Source of the DNA: a virus
IMG/VR virus record: IMGVR_UViG_3300026382_000012
Location: 21,767 to 85,766 of that record
Direction: 5' to 3' (one strand)
Length of the DNA stretch: 64,000 nucleotides
Positions 1 through 10,232 of the stretch are shown in pieces. Below the pieces are notes generated by a model, which saw only the letters and a list, made by a program, of their open reading frames with translations, searched no databases and was not told the DNA's origin. The position numbers and the translations under genes were made by a program. The stretch's first letter is position 1; every line of letters starts with the position of its first letter.

Positions 1-22
1 TGTAATTAATTTTCAGAAATAT

Positions 23-325
23 TTGCGCTGGAATAAAGTCACAACGAAACATTTTAAACAGCTTAAAAAATATTTTACATTCTATTTTATAAATAGAGTA
101 GTTTCATATTTTAATATGATGGCTAGAAAATTTGATTTGCCGGTTATCAAAATAAGTGAATTAAATACTAGCAATATATCAGGCGAAATTAACGATAGAG
201 ATTTAAAAGCATGTCTAAATATGCTAAAAATAAACATTAACATAAGCAGAATAATTGAAAATAGAAATAAAAATAATAAAAATGTAATCGACGAAATAGA
301 GAAATATATACCAATTGTATTGTAA
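23..325 (+). CDS. Hypothetical protein, probably the 3' part of a gene starting before the window
   Basis: Open frame ending DEIEKYIPIVL, followed directly by the junction motif at 326-341. Confidence 0.55.
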   Translation: MRWNKVTTKHFKQLKKYFTFYFINRVVSYFNMMARKFDLPVIKISELNTSNISGEINDRDLKACLNMLKININISRIIENRNKNNKNVIDEIEKYIPIVL

Positions 326-347
326 AACTACTTTAAAGGAGACGGAA

Positions 348-827
348 GTGCAAGTAAAATTCGACGTGTTTGTTAAAGGAGATCAAGTACATGTATATCC
401 TTATATCGAATTCGAGAAGAAGTTATTATTTATCAAATATAAACAAAGATACGATTTGTTAGAAAGCGATAATATAGATAGCAACTATATGTATATGCCG
501 GCTGATGTTATAGAAAAAATTACTAATAATCGTAACGATATTCTTAAAATAAACGCACTGAATATCGAATTCTTAAATATAGAATTAGATTTATATAGAT
601 TTTGGCATAGTAATAAAAATAGTTTATCTACAACAATCCGCGCGGATATTCCTATAGAAACAAATGTTAAGCAGATAAGCAAAGATATAAAGAAGATAAA
701 AAAGTATATAACCAAATGGTTCAACAAACAATTAGATAGATTACATAAAAGATATCAAGATGAATTGGAAAAGGAAGATTATATTAAAAAATTTGAGGAT
801 GCTTTGAAGAAAGCAATTAAAGAATAA
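348..827 (+). CDS. Hypothetical protein
   Basis: ORF 315..827; GTG at 348 lies 6 nt after AAGGAG of the junction motif, so it is the likely start. Confidence 0.75.
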   Translation: MQVKFDVFVKGDQVHVYPYIEFEKKLLFIKYKQRYDLLESDNIDSNYMYMPADVIEKITNNRNDILKINALNIEFLNIELDLYRFWHSNKNSLSTTIRADIPIETNVKQISKDIKKIKKYITKWFNKQLDRLHKRYQDELEKEDYIKKFEDALKKAIKE

Positions 828-930
828 AATAATTGGGATATAAAACAATTTAAATTATAGATAGTGTAACTATTAAAAACATTACCTAGTATTCTTATGG
901 TATATTCAAACAACTTAAAGGAAGCGCAAG

Positions 931-1638
931 ATGAAGCTAACTATAAAACTTGATATTAACGGTATACATATACATGGTGATATAGGATTAATGAAACAAT
1001 TAAATAACGATTTATATAAATATGTTAATAGCATTATAAATAATAAATACTCTTTCGGCACAATAGTAGAAATATATGATAGTACATTCAAAGTAAGTTA
1101 TAAAAAGTTCTCGATATTTAGTGTATACAGAAATGTAGAAGACTTTAGTAACAAAATAAATAGATATTTGTCTATACTAAATACACTAGCATATATTAAT
1201 ATTGTTAAAAATAACAGCAACATTGAAGATATTGAATTTGATCTGTTAGATAAAGTTGTTAGAATCAATAATAATAATGACGCTCAAATTCAAATAGAAG
1301 ATTTAACAAAAGAAAGTATAATTATAAGATATTTTCATAATTTAATTTTAATTTATGAAGATAACAAATATGATTTGCATAAAATTACAGAATATATAAA
1401 TGAGCTTTATTCATCTGTACATAAAAATATTTATTCAAAATATTTAACCATAATCTCGGAACAAGAAAACGCAATATTTGAGATATTAACTCTTAATGTT
1501 GAAGATTTAACTTATAGAAAATATAGATTGGTCGATAACATATACGATGCAGTTATACATGGTATTTTAGGTGTATTATTTAACGATAATAAAATATTAA
1601 AAGAATTAGCGAATTTGCATAAATTGAAACTATTTTAA
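931..1638 (+). CDS. Hypothetical protein with the shared C-terminal N-x3-L-x2-F motif
   Basis: 235 aa, ends KELANLHKLKLF; degenerate junction motif at 909-924. Confidence 0.8.
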   Translation: MKLTIKLDINGIHIHGDIGLMKQLNNDLYKYVNSIINNKYSFGTIVEIYDSTFKVSYKKFSIFSVYRNVEDFSNKINRYLSILNTLAYINIVKNNSNIEDIEFDLLDKVVRINNNNDAQIQIEDLTKESIIIRYFHNLILIYEDNKYDLHKITEYINELYSSVHKNIYSKYLTIISEQENAIFEILTLNVEDLTYRKYRLVDNIYDAVIHGILGVLFNDNKILKELANLHKLKLF

Positions 1639-1654
1639 AGGAGGTAATTAAATC

Positions 1655-2377
1655 ATGAAGTGTTTGGAATGTAAAGGTGATTTAAAACTATACGGTGCCG
1701 CTGCTAGAAAATCACATAATAAATATTACTTAACATCCCTATGCTATATTTGTGAAAACTGCAATAAAATGAACATTTTTTCAACTAGACCAAAAATCAT
1801 ACCGAATTTAGATATTAACTTAATTTACATACCTTTTATGAAAGAGTTAGATCATATTAAAATATTGTTTCCTGCTAACAGAATTATTATACATGGTATT
1901 GATAAAAAAGATAAAGAGATTACTGTGCCTATGGCGTATGACACAAAAAATTTAGTCAATATTATCAATAACTTTAATCTTAATGATTTAGATTTGCAAT
2001 ATATCGACCCAGAATATAAATGTCTCAATTGTGGGTCAAGAGAACACAGAATTAATGGAATTAATATAAATATTTCTAAGAATTTTACAATTACACGGGC
2101 GATAATTAAATGTTCTAAATGTAAACAATCAAAAACATATAATTTTTATGATTCACCTATTCAAATACCACATATAGATATTATTAAGCAGAAGTACGAA
2201 AAATATGTTTCAAAATTAGATAAATATTGTATTTATTTATCAAATATGGGAAATGTAATATTATATGGACAAGATATAAATACAAGTTATAGACTGAGAT
2301 ATATCTTATACAAGTATAATAGAGATGAATACAACAATATTTTATTGCAAATTTATAGGCGCATAAAACTACTTTAA
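1655..2377 (+). CDS. Double zinc-ribbon protein (internal duplication)
   Basis: Four CxxC pairs (CLEC, CENC, CLNC, CSKC) in two similar halves; AGGAGG RBS. Confidence 0.75.
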   Translation: MKCLECKGDLKLYGAAARKSHNKYYLTSLCYICENCNKMNIFSTRPKIIPNLDINLIYIPFMKELDHIKILFPANRIIIHGIDKKDKEITVPMAYDTKNLVNIINNFNLNDLDLQYIDPEYKCLNCGSREHRINGININISKNFTITRAIIKCSKCKQSKTYNFYDSPIQIPHIDIIKQKYEKYVSKLDKYCIYLSNMGNVILYGQDINTSYRLRYILYKYNRDEYNNILLQIYRRIKLL

Positions 2378-2387
2378 AGGAGGCACA

Positions 2388-3077
2388 ATGAAAAAAATCG
2401 ACGTAGAAGAAGTTTTTATTGCGATAATTTTATGCGGTGTAATGTTATTTGCATCTGTAATATTCATATCAGTATCAATTAATGAACAAAAAGTCACAAG
2501 ATGTAAAGTAAAGGAAATAGAAACTAAAATTAGCAAAATAGAAGATATTGATAGAAGAATTAAAGATATCAATAAGAAAATTGATAATGTTGAAAAGAAG
2601 GTAGATAGCATAAATAAAAAGATTGATAAGTTTAATCATATTGCTAATAATATAGCTGCGATAATTAAACATGTTAATAATAAAATCGATAATAAAACCG
2701 CAAATATAATAGCATATAATATTATAGAGGCATCTCTCAAATATAAAGTGCCTATTGAATATATAATTTCTGTTATGTGGGTTGAATCTCATTTCAACCC
2801 ACATGCTTATAATAAGAGAACTAAATGTATCGGTTTAATGCAAGTAAATCCAAATATTTGGATATCAAACAATGAATTAAGTATTTTACTATACGGCATA
2901 AGAACTAATATTATGGTAGGTACATATATATTAAGATATTATTATGATAACTATGGTAACTGGAAAGATGCTATTATAGCATATTATGGTATGTCAACAT
3001 ATGCAAAGGAATATTATGTTAAAAAAGTATTATGGAAAGTGAAATGGGTAAAAAAGAAATTAGTTCAAAAAAGTTAA
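2388..3077 (+). CDS. Membrane-anchored lytic transglycosylase (SLT family), possible SAR-type endolysin
   Basis: N-terminal hydrophobic helix, coiled coil, then VESHFNP, GLMQV, NIMVGTYIL, AIIAYYG, YVKKV motifs. Confidence 0.85.
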   Translation: MKKIDVEEVFIAIILCGVMLFASVIFISVSINEQKVTRCKVKEIETKISKIEDIDRRIKDINKKIDNVEKKVDSINKKIDKFNHIANNIAAIIKHVNNKIDNKTANIIAYNIIEASLKYKVPIEYIISVMWVESHFNPHAYNKRTKCIGLMQVNPNIWISNNELSILLYGIRTNIMVGTYILRYYYDNYGNWKDAIIAYYGMSTYAKEYYVKKVLWKVKWVKKKLVQKS

Positions 3078-3099
3078 TACTACCTTAAAGGAGGCCAGA

Positions 3100-3972
3100 A
3101 TGATCAAACTAGATAGAGAAATAGTTTTTAGAAAACTTAAAGAACTTCCTACACTTTCTAAAGTTGAAATAGGTTGGGGGTTATGTTCTAAACAACCAGA
3201 TATAACAATTAATGGTAAACTATATGAAATTCCTCGGGATTTACATAAAGAACTTTATTCATCTGAATCGCCAATTAGTATAGGTAATGGAAGATATTTA
3301 CTATCCTATAAAAAATGTTTAAAGATTCGAAAATTTGTTATAGTAGATAAAAAATTAAGCAACTGGAAATATATAGGTGAGTTATCACATATATCTTCAT
3401 GGGGGCGTGATATAAATGATGAAGTATTTGACTGTCATATTCAACATTTATTTCTATTTCTAAATTTGGAAAGAAGACACGGTGATGTACTTCTAATTGA
3501 TAACAATATTCTTGTTATAAACGATTGTGCGAAATTTCGTATATTTTATCCAGAAATAGTAAATCTGAAAGATTTACTTTATAATAAATTTCCGCCACCT
3601 CCAAATGATGGTAAATTAGTATTTAAGGAAATTACTATTCAACCCCCTAAAAAACTTTTAAACAAATGGATACAACAAGTATGTAATACACATGGTATAA
3701 TGCCAGAAAATTGGAAGAAATATGGTAGAATAGTTAGAAAAGTACAAAGAAAAGCAGAATTATATGCTGCATGGAAATTATTAAGAAAAGGTAAACAAGT
3801 ATATCTTCCTAGTCATATAGTTTATTACGATGATGAAGCTAATTTGCATACATATTGTTTAGTAGGAACTCCAGCTATAAGAGGAGTATTTATTGCTGAA
3901 AAAGAAGATTATATTTTCGATATCTTCTCTACGAAAGAACCTGTTTATAAAATAAAAACTTCAGTGCTCTAA
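3100..3972 (+). CDS. Hypothetical protein
   Basis: 290 aa ORF with AGGAGG RBS inside a junction motif. Confidence 0.75.
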   Translation: MIKLDREIVFRKLKELPTLSKVEIGWGLCSKQPDITINGKLYEIPRDLHKELYSSESPISIGNGRYLLSYKKCLKIRKFVIVDKKLSNWKYIGELSHISSWGRDINDEVFDCHIQHLFLFLNLERRHGDVLLIDNNILVINDCAKFRIFYPEIVNLKDLLYNKFPPPPNDGKLVFKEITIQPPKKLLNKWIQQVCNTHGIMPENWKKYGRIVRKVQRKAELYAAWKLLRKGKQVYLPSHIVYYDDEANLHTYCLVGTPAIRGVFIAEKEDYIFDIFSTKEPVYKIKTSVL

Positions 3973-3984
3973 CTACTTTATGCT

Positions 3985-4100
3985 CCTCCATTCCTACTTA
4001 AACTTATTAAAAATTAAGTAGGAATTTTGGAGCACGGAGATTCATAAAGAACCTCATTACTACCCACTATCCCTTTAGATAGGGATTCGTGGGATACCTT
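3985..4100 (-). ncRNA. Putative omegaRNA (reRNA) scaffold of element 1
   Basis: GTAT-CCCAC-GAA-TCCCT..AGGGA-TA-GTGGG-TAGTAATG nested stems plus terminal hairpin ATTCCTACTTAA/TTAAGTAGGAAT; same layout as element 2. Confidence 0.7.
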
Positions 4101-5474
4101 TAAAAGTAGGTTATATAATGAACTCTGAATATCAGACATAAATATTCTTATAGGTCTCGCTAACTTATCCAGCCAAATATTAAAAGGCAAACAATTAACT
4201 ATATCCTTTCTGACTTTCTTAATGATGTTCAAAGCGCCGTTGCAATCGGCATTCCAGATTTTATTAAGTTTTAAATCTTTGAAAAGACCTCTTTTTATTC
4301 TCTTGCCGTTATAAGATTCTTTCTTTGATGGTTGTTCAGTTAAAGCTGAACATTTAGATGTATAAGATTCATCTACTTCCACAACTTTAATACCGAATTT
4401 CTCACATTTGTATTTTAATTGCTCAATTAACATTCTAAAAGGCAAATAAACAAAATTTTGATTTGTTCTATCACCCAAATTAATTTCTTGTTTACTTTCA
4501 ATTGCAGATTTACCTATTATAACATGCTTAATACCAAATAATAGAAATAAGGTAACTAATTTGGATGTAATTTGATGGAACATACTTTTAATTCTTCTTG
4601 CTCTATAACGTTCTAATTTACGCCTCAATATTTTATTTTCTCTTGATTGTAACTCAGCTTTGATTTTATTATACCATTGATTAAACGACTTAAACTCTTT
4701 ACCATTAATTATTAATGACTTAAATTCTGGATGATTGGAAACAATAGTCATGAGATTATCTAGTCCTAAATCTATACCAGCTACATATTTATCGTTCTTT
4801 ATATTAGATAATTTAGGAATGTGTATTTTATATACTACCTGTATGTAATAGTCGTCTAATTTCTTAACAACTCTCACAGAAGTGATTTTTTCCTCAAAAT
4901 ATTTAGGTAATTTGATTTTAATATTGGATTTTTTTGAATTTAATTTTAGTTGTATTACTCTACCTTTAGCTGATTCTATAATTTTAAATACTAAACTGCT
5001 AAATTCAATAGAGCAATTATTGACTCTTTCTATTTTCTTTGGTATTGGTGGTTTTGGCGGTGATTTAAATTTTGTTGGGTCTTTCTTATATTCATGAATA
5101 GCGGCGAAATATGATTTATAATTATTTGCTATTTCTTTGATTAATGCTTGAAATAAAGCATTGCCTAAATATTCTTTAATATTCTTTAGTTGTATATACA
5201 ATTGTTTGTTTATACTGTCTGTTAATAATTCAGTTTCATATTGTTTCTTGAGTGAGATTTTCTTACTATAATCGCCACGGTTATAAATTTTACCAGTAAA
5301 TAGTAAATTAAGATTTTGCAATGTTATACCTATTTTGACAAAAAATTTAAAATTTCTATTGATTAATAAATAAAACATATTCTTTGCATGGACATATGTC
5401 TTACATAACTTCATAACTTTCTTCTTTCTATCACCTCGAATTCTGATTTCCAGAATATGGTTGATTGTCTTCAC
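4014..5474 (-). CDS. tnpB: IS607-type TnpB RNA-guided endonuclease
   Basis: RuvC motifs GIDLGLDN, VIIG with downstream VDESYTS, NADCNGALNI. Confidence 0.93.
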   Translation of the reverse strand: MKTINHILEIRIRGDRKKKVMKLCKTYVHAKNMFYLLINRNFKFFVKIGITLQNLNLLFTGKIYNRGDYSKKISLKKQYETELLTDSINKQLYIQLKNIKEYLGNALFQALIKEIANNYKSYFAAIHEYKKDPTKFKSPPKPPIPKKIERVNNCSIEFSSLVFKIIESAKGRVIQLKLNSKKSNIKIKLPKYFEEKITSVRVVKKLDDYYIQVVYKIHIPKLSNIKNDKYVAGIDLGLDNLMTIVSNHPEFKSLIINGKEFKSFNQWYNKIKAELQSRENKILRRKLERYRARRIKSMFHQITSKLVTLFLLFGIKHVIIGKSAIESKQEINLGDRTNQNFVYLPFRMLIEQLKYKCEKFGIKVVEVDESYTSKCSALTEQPSKKESYNGKRIKRGLFKDLKLNKIWNADCNGALNIIKKVRKDIVNCLPFNIWLDKLARPIRIFMSDIQSSLYNLLLKVSHESLSKGIVGSNEVLYESPCSKIPT

Positions 5475-6077
5475 CTAATAACTCCTTTGCTTTCTGCTCT
5501 AATTCAGAAATTTTTTATAACTTCGCGCACCATATAATTTCATAGCGTAATAATGAATAAGATGAACTAATTCTTCAATTATATCTTTTGTAGTATCATC
5601 ATGATTATCAATCTGTGATATGACTATAAGTTCTACATCATGTAATTCACATAGTCTTTGTACTAGATCAAATCCAATTCTCGTAAGTCTATCTTTCGAA
5701 GCTATTATAACTTTATCTACAAGTTCATAACTTATTAGTTTAATTAATTCGGAAAATCCCTTTCTATTAAAATTAACAGATGAACCTACATCTGTTATAA
5801 TTTTGATTTTTCTAATGGTATTCCTAATTTATGACAAAATTGTTCGCAAAATTGAACCTGATTTTCTAAATGTTTTCTGTGACTTAGTCGAAACTCTAGC
5901 ATATATAATTGTATGTTTAGTTTGTAATTTGCCAAGCTGGTATAACTTACGAAGATGTTGTTCTGTATACCTTCTATGACCGCCTGGAGTGCGTTATGGC
6001 TGTAATAAATCATCGTATTTTCGCAATGTAGATATACTTAAACCTGTTAACTTACTAAATTCCTCCAAAGTATACAT
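5431..6077 (-). pseudogene. tnpA: IS607 TnpA (MerR-type HTH + serine recombinase), inactivated
   Basis: MYTLEEFSKLTGLSISTLRKYD..P*RTPGGHRRY..IIYARVST; in-frame TAA at 5994-5996 and two frameshifts (about 5875 and 5805); closely similar to intact tnpA at 28691-29329. Confidence 0.9.
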
Positions 6078-6190
6078 GATTCCTACTCCTTATTAATTTT
6101 TATAGTAGATTTTACTATCTTCTAATAGATTATTCACTATTTTTTTGTCTATTAATAGTACTGTTTTGTACTACATATAAGCAAAAATAA

Positions 6191-6229
6191 AAATACCTGG
6201 GGCGTATAAAAATACAACCCCAGGTATTT
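6191..6229. terminator. Hairpin, probable bidirectional intrinsic terminator after the tail tube gene
   Basis: AAATACCTGGGG / CCCCAGGTATTT stem with A/T tracts on both sides. Confidence 0.75.
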
Positions 6230-6238
6230 ATTAATTTA

Positions 6239-7024
6239 TTAGCTACCTATCGGCGATACATTATCGGTAACATTAAGCAGATTAGCTATAAGATCATCAG
6301 CGCCAATTGAAGATTTATTATCAGACGCAAATTTATTAAGGAAATCTGCAGCTAATTGTTTTAAATCAGGTTTATAATCATCTGTTAATGGATATCCATC
6401 AAATCTATATGTATATGTCATTACAACTTCAGATTGACCTGCAAGGTCATCATCTAGTGCATTTGATTGATCGTCTTGCGGTACTATACCTGGATACGCC
6501 CAAACATTTTCTATATGTTTAGGTGTAAATGTAGAAAATGCATTACCAGTTGTATATCTATTCATCGCGCCGATAGGCTTTGTTTTAATTACTATCATAT
6601 TTCCTTTATATTCTTTAGGAGTAAATTCATTTAGTGCAGACATGCCTGTATATGGATCAAATAACATATTAATCCATTTACTATGAATTCTCCATATTGG
6701 AGAATCTTGGTAATCATAATATGTTACAGAGATATCTCTGGAAAATGTAGAACCTGCGGCGTAAGAATGTTGTACGCCGCCCATAGCATTAAGATCAATC
6801 AAATTAAGTGTTTTCGAATGCGGTGTAAAATTAGTAGCTGTAGCTGAAATCCATTTTCTAGCAAATTCTCTTTCCTGATCATTAAAAATACCATCAGGAA
6901 GATCTATAATAACAAAGAAATATCCTTTTATTTTTGGATGTATTGCAGATTTACCTATATTAGCTCTTGTAATTACATCTGGACTATTAGTACCAATTAC
7001 ATTAATAAGTTCATCATATGCCAT
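6239..7024 (-). CDS. Tail tube protein (T4 gp19-like)
   Basis: Directly downstream of the sheath; tube-like pattern ISVTYYD..IWRIHSKWINMLFDPYTG..YPGIVP..MTYTYRFD. Confidence 0.75.
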   Translation of the reverse strand: MAYDELINVIGTNSPDVITRANIGKSAIHPKIKGYFFVIIDLPDGIFNDQEREFARKWISATATNFTPHSKTLNLIDLNAMGGVQHSYAAGSTFSRDISVTYYDYQDSPIWRIHSKWINMLFDPYTGMSALNEFTPKEYKGNMIVIKTKPIGAMNRYTTGNAFSTFTPKHIENVWAYPGIVPQDDQSNALDDDLAGQSEVVMTYTYRFDGYPLTDDYKPDLKQLAADFLNKFASDNKSSIGADDLIANLLNVTDNVSPIGS

Positions 7025-7061
7025 GATTCGTGGCTCCTAATTTTAAAATTATTAAGGAATA

Positions 7062-7084
7062 GGGCGGGAATATTATTCCCGCCC
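7062..7084. terminator. Near-perfect palindrome between sheath and tube genes
   Basis: GGGCGGGAATA-T-TATTCCCGCCC. Confidence 0.6.
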
Positions 7085-7100
7085 GAAATACAAAATTAAA

Positions 7101-9017
7101 TTATCTAACCTTTAAGGATACAACGATAAATTCAATAGCTCTAATGAATTTAACATCAAGATCAATATATAATGTACTACTTGTATCATCAAATCTTACA
7201 TTTAATTTATATTCTTTAATTGCTTCTTTTGTGAATAACGGGCCGCCTTCTAACCATTGTTTGAGATAATTATTAACTCTTCTATATGCTTCTTTAATTA
7301 CATTAGTAGTAGCTTTTCTTTGTAGTAGATCTTTAAGTATTTTTGGTATCTCTTTTCTAAATGTATGTATAACTTTTACAACATGCGCGCGCTGTAATAT
7401 AGAAAGTCTCTTATAAGTAGTGAATTGTGTTGGTATATAAGTACCATCAGGTTCTTTAATAGTTGGGTTGATCTGCCTATTGGTTAATTCATTAGCTTGG
7501 GCAAATATAGGAGAATAACTTAACTCAATAGGATCCTGAATAAATGCTTTAAACATAGCAACGGGTTCAGCAATACCTTGAGTATTATCTACATTTAGAT
7601 GACATTCAAGAGCATGATATGTGGGCGGGAACCAAACAGTTTTACCTGTATAAGGATCAGTCATTTTTCTATATTGGGAATATAACATAACATTGTATGT
7701 GGCATATGGTACATCATTTAATCTAGATTCAATATCTTGAGTATATTTAGTATTAAACGGCATAGAAATTAAACCTAATACATCCTCTCTTACATCACAG
7801 AATTCTCTCATTGCAGCCTTAACTGTGAGAGGATATCCTGGATCTACTACATAATCGATTGGATAATATTGATATTGTGTATCTAGTAATTTAACACAAT
7901 CTTCAGAATAAGTACCATTGAATACAGATGTTAATAATTTATTTGCGACGCTCCAATCCAATTTACCAAATGAATCAAATAGAGATCCATCGGAACCGTT
8001 TTCGAAGTTAATCTGATCAGAGAAAGATTCTACTACTAATTTTCTTGCATAAAGAGCTTCTACATCATTAGCACCGGCGCCATATAGAGATTTAACTTTA
8101 TCTTCATTTGCAATTACTCTGATAAATTCAGAATCTTCATTTATTCTAGTAACAATGTATAATTCTCTACCTGTAGTAGGATGTCTTACTGTATTGCCTG
8201 CAATTTTGTTTACTAAAGATGCAGTAATGGGGCCTTCTAATAATTTAACAGAACCATCTTCTTGTTCTTCATAAACATATATATCAACAAACATATATGG
8301 GAATAATGGATCACCTTTCTCATCTACATACATTTGTTCTAAAGTTGTATTTCTTACAAAAGATATTTTGATTTTGTTATAGAATTCGCCGCGACCAATT
8401 GGATAGAAAGTAAATACAGAATCATTAAATCCAGGATCACCTTTTAGTTCTTCTACTGAATTGGCATTAGATACAGAATCTAAAGTAACAACAGGTACTT
8501 TATGTACAATCGCGCCTGTATTAACACTTACAGGCTTATCTAATGTAATAGTATTACTAGAAGTATCAATATTAACAACAGTATATACATTGTTAATATC
8601 TTTATTAAAGAATATCTTATCATTTATAGAAATTTTAGATACATCATCTAATTCAATATCAGTAGCATCTGTATAATTGTTCTGTACTACAGGATTGGGC
8701 GAATAATCATTAATATTAACAGAAATTCTTTTATTAGCTAATGTTGCATCATCAGGCAATACTCTAATGAGATATACCTTATTAGTATATAGAGATGCTT
8801 TTAATGCAAAATGCAAACCAAATCCATATTTCTCAGGATCTGGTTTTCCATAAACTCTTTCAATTTGAGTAGGAGAACTCATTAATTCTATTGTTTTATC
8901 CGGGCCTTTTGGAGATAAAATTGGTATGAATACTACTCTATCGCCCGAGAAATTTGGTTCTACATAAGATACATCTTGAACATAGAATTGTATTTGGGGC
9001 ATAGTTGTTAAAGACAT
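7101..9017 (-). CDS. Tail sheath protein (T4 gp18-like)
   Basis: MPQIQFYVQDVS, SPKGP, YGKP, VYLIRV, YPIGRGEFYN, WFPPT, RQINP, RAIEFI; ATG at 9017 has an AAGGAG RBS. Confidence 0.93.
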   Translation of the reverse strand: MSLTTMPQIQFYVQDVSYVEPNFSGDRVVFIPILSPKGPDKTIELMSSPTQIERVYGKPDPEKYGFGLHFALKASLYTNKVYLIRVLPDDATLANKRISVNINDYSPNPVVQNNYTDATDIELDDVSKISINDKIFFNKDINNVYTVVNIDTSSNTITLDKPVSVNTGAIVHKVPVVTLDSVSNANSVEELKGDPGFNDSVFTFYPIGRGEFYNKIKISFVRNTTLEQMYVDEKGDPLFPYMFVDIYVYEEQEDGSVKLLEGPITASLVNKIAGNTVRHPTTGRELYIVTRINEDSEFIRVIANEDKVKSLYGAGANDVEALYARKLVVESFSDQINFENGSDGSLFDSFGKLDWSVANKLLTSVFNGTYSEDCVKLLDTQYQYYPIDYVVDPGYPLTVKAAMREFCDVREDVLGLISMPFNTKYTQDIESRLNDVPYATYNVMLYSQYRKMTDPYTGKTVWFPPTYHALECHLNVDNTQGIAEPVAMFKAFIQDPIELSYSPIFAQANELTNRQINPTIKEPDGTYIPTQFTTYKRLSILQRAHVVKVIHTFRKEIPKILKDLLQRKATTNVIKEAYRRVNNYLKQWLEGGPLFTKEAIKEYKLNVRFDDTSSTLYIDLDVKFIRAIEFIVVSLKVR

Positions 9018-9075
9018 GTCTAACTTCTCCTTCTTATACACAAAAAGATCAAAAAATAAGAATGGAAATTATTCT

Positions 9076-9549
9076 TTATTTATCAGGTTTATAATAGTAT
9101 TTTTTGAAATATCGATATATTAATTTTGATGCTTCATCAAAAGTAAAACCGGTTAGGTTGTATTTAGTTACAACATAAGATGCAAATATTTCTAAATATT
9201 TATTAACTTGTTCGTCTGAAGTGAACTTTCTTCTAATACAAGCTAGTTGTTCTCCATACGCCTCACACTCAAATTCAAATGTTTTTCTTTCAGACCATTT
9301 AGTTATACACCTGGGTAGAAATTTAAAGTATTTTAGCCATCTACCTAAAATATATTTTATAGGATTATTCCAAAATTGTTTTGAGTGTCTTATTTCATGC
9401 TGTATTAAACAATCATCATGACTATAATCTGGTCTAATAAAGTTAATAAATCCGATATTATAACCACTAAATCTTTTAGGAATAAAATCATCTGTAAATA
9501 TAACAATTATAGGAAAGATCTTCTTATATAACTTACAGAAGAATGACAT
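9076..9549 (-). CDS. Hypothetical protein with HExxH zincin-like motif
   Basis: IQHEIRHSKQ and downstream FECEAY. Confidence 0.65.
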   Translation of the reverse strand: MSFFCKLYKKIFPIIVIFTDDFIPKRFSGYNIGFINFIRPDYSHDDCLIQHEIRHSKQFWNNPIKYILGRWLKYFKFLPRCITKWSERKTFEFECEAYGEQLACIRRKFTSDEQVNKYLEIFASYVVTKYNLTGFTFDEASKLIYRYFKKYYYKPDK

Positions 9550-9591
9550 TTTTTATATCCGCCCGCAATTATTTATTATAAAACAAATAAA

Positions 9592-10218
9592 TTAGAATAA
9601 TAAATACCATTCTATTCTAACTTTATCAGATGGATCTATATATTTACCAGAAAAGCATACATGTGCAAATATACCTTTAACTTGATTATTAGAGTTATCT
9701 ACATAGAAAAGGGCTGCTTCTGATAATAGAAATGTAGATGTTAGATTATCATCTGATTTAGAAGGATTGACAACTAATGTTACTTTTGCAGTTGTATAAG
9801 AATTGGTTGTAGAATCTTTTATTATTTCTATTCCGCCGCCGTCTAGTGTTATTGGTTTTGCGGCGTATTCGATTGTATTACCTTGTTGATCTACATATGA
9901 TAGATAGTTTGTATTATTTTTAGCAAGTTGTATGCCTTTATAGATAGAATAGTCGTTATCAAGCGGGCCAACTAAAGCTGTTAGATTATCTGATTCAGTT
10001 CCACCTGAGCCGATGCCAAAATGTGTAATATTATAAGATCTTAAATCAGATGACGCACCAGTTGATACATTTAATACCTTTTGAACAGCAAATTCTCTAC
10101 CTTTATATACTACTAGATTATGTGTAGATTCTACTAATTCATCATTAACAAATAAATTAACCATATTAACTTTGTCTTTTAACTTTTTATTCTCAAAGAT
10201 TGGTATTATCTTTTCCAT
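9592..10218 (-). CDS. Baseplate or tail-collar-fibre-like structural protein
   Basis: HNLVVYKGR, HFGIGSGG, LSEAALF, FAHVCF, IEWYLLF pattern typical of phage fibre-anchor domains. Confidence 0.65.
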   Translation of the reverse strand: MEKIIPIFENKKLKDKVNMVNLFVNDELVESTHNLVVYKGREFAVQKVLNVSTGASSDLRSYNITHFGIGSGGTESDNLTALVGPLDNDYSIYKGIQLAKNNTNYLSYVDQQGNTIEYAAKPITLDGGGIEIIKDSTTNSYTTAKVTLVVNPSKSDDNLTSTFLLSEAALFYVDNSNNQVKGIFAHVCFSGKYIDPSDKVRIEWYLLF

Positions 10219-10232
10219 GACTGCTCCTAGTT

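Larger units (their letters stand above)
3985..6197 (-). mobile_element. IS607-family element 1 (tnpA pseudogene + intact tnpB); left boundary uncertain
   Basis: Serine-recombinase tnpA remnant overlapping tnpB; right end hairpin ending GGAGG at about 3985; short direct repeats (ATAGTGAATAATCTA, ATAGTAAAATCTA) upstream of tnpA; first candidate left GG core at 6196-6197. Confidence 0.85.

Noticed and set aside
5795-6013. 72 aa minus-strand ORF
   Set aside because: It is the middle frame of the frameshifted tnpA pseudogene
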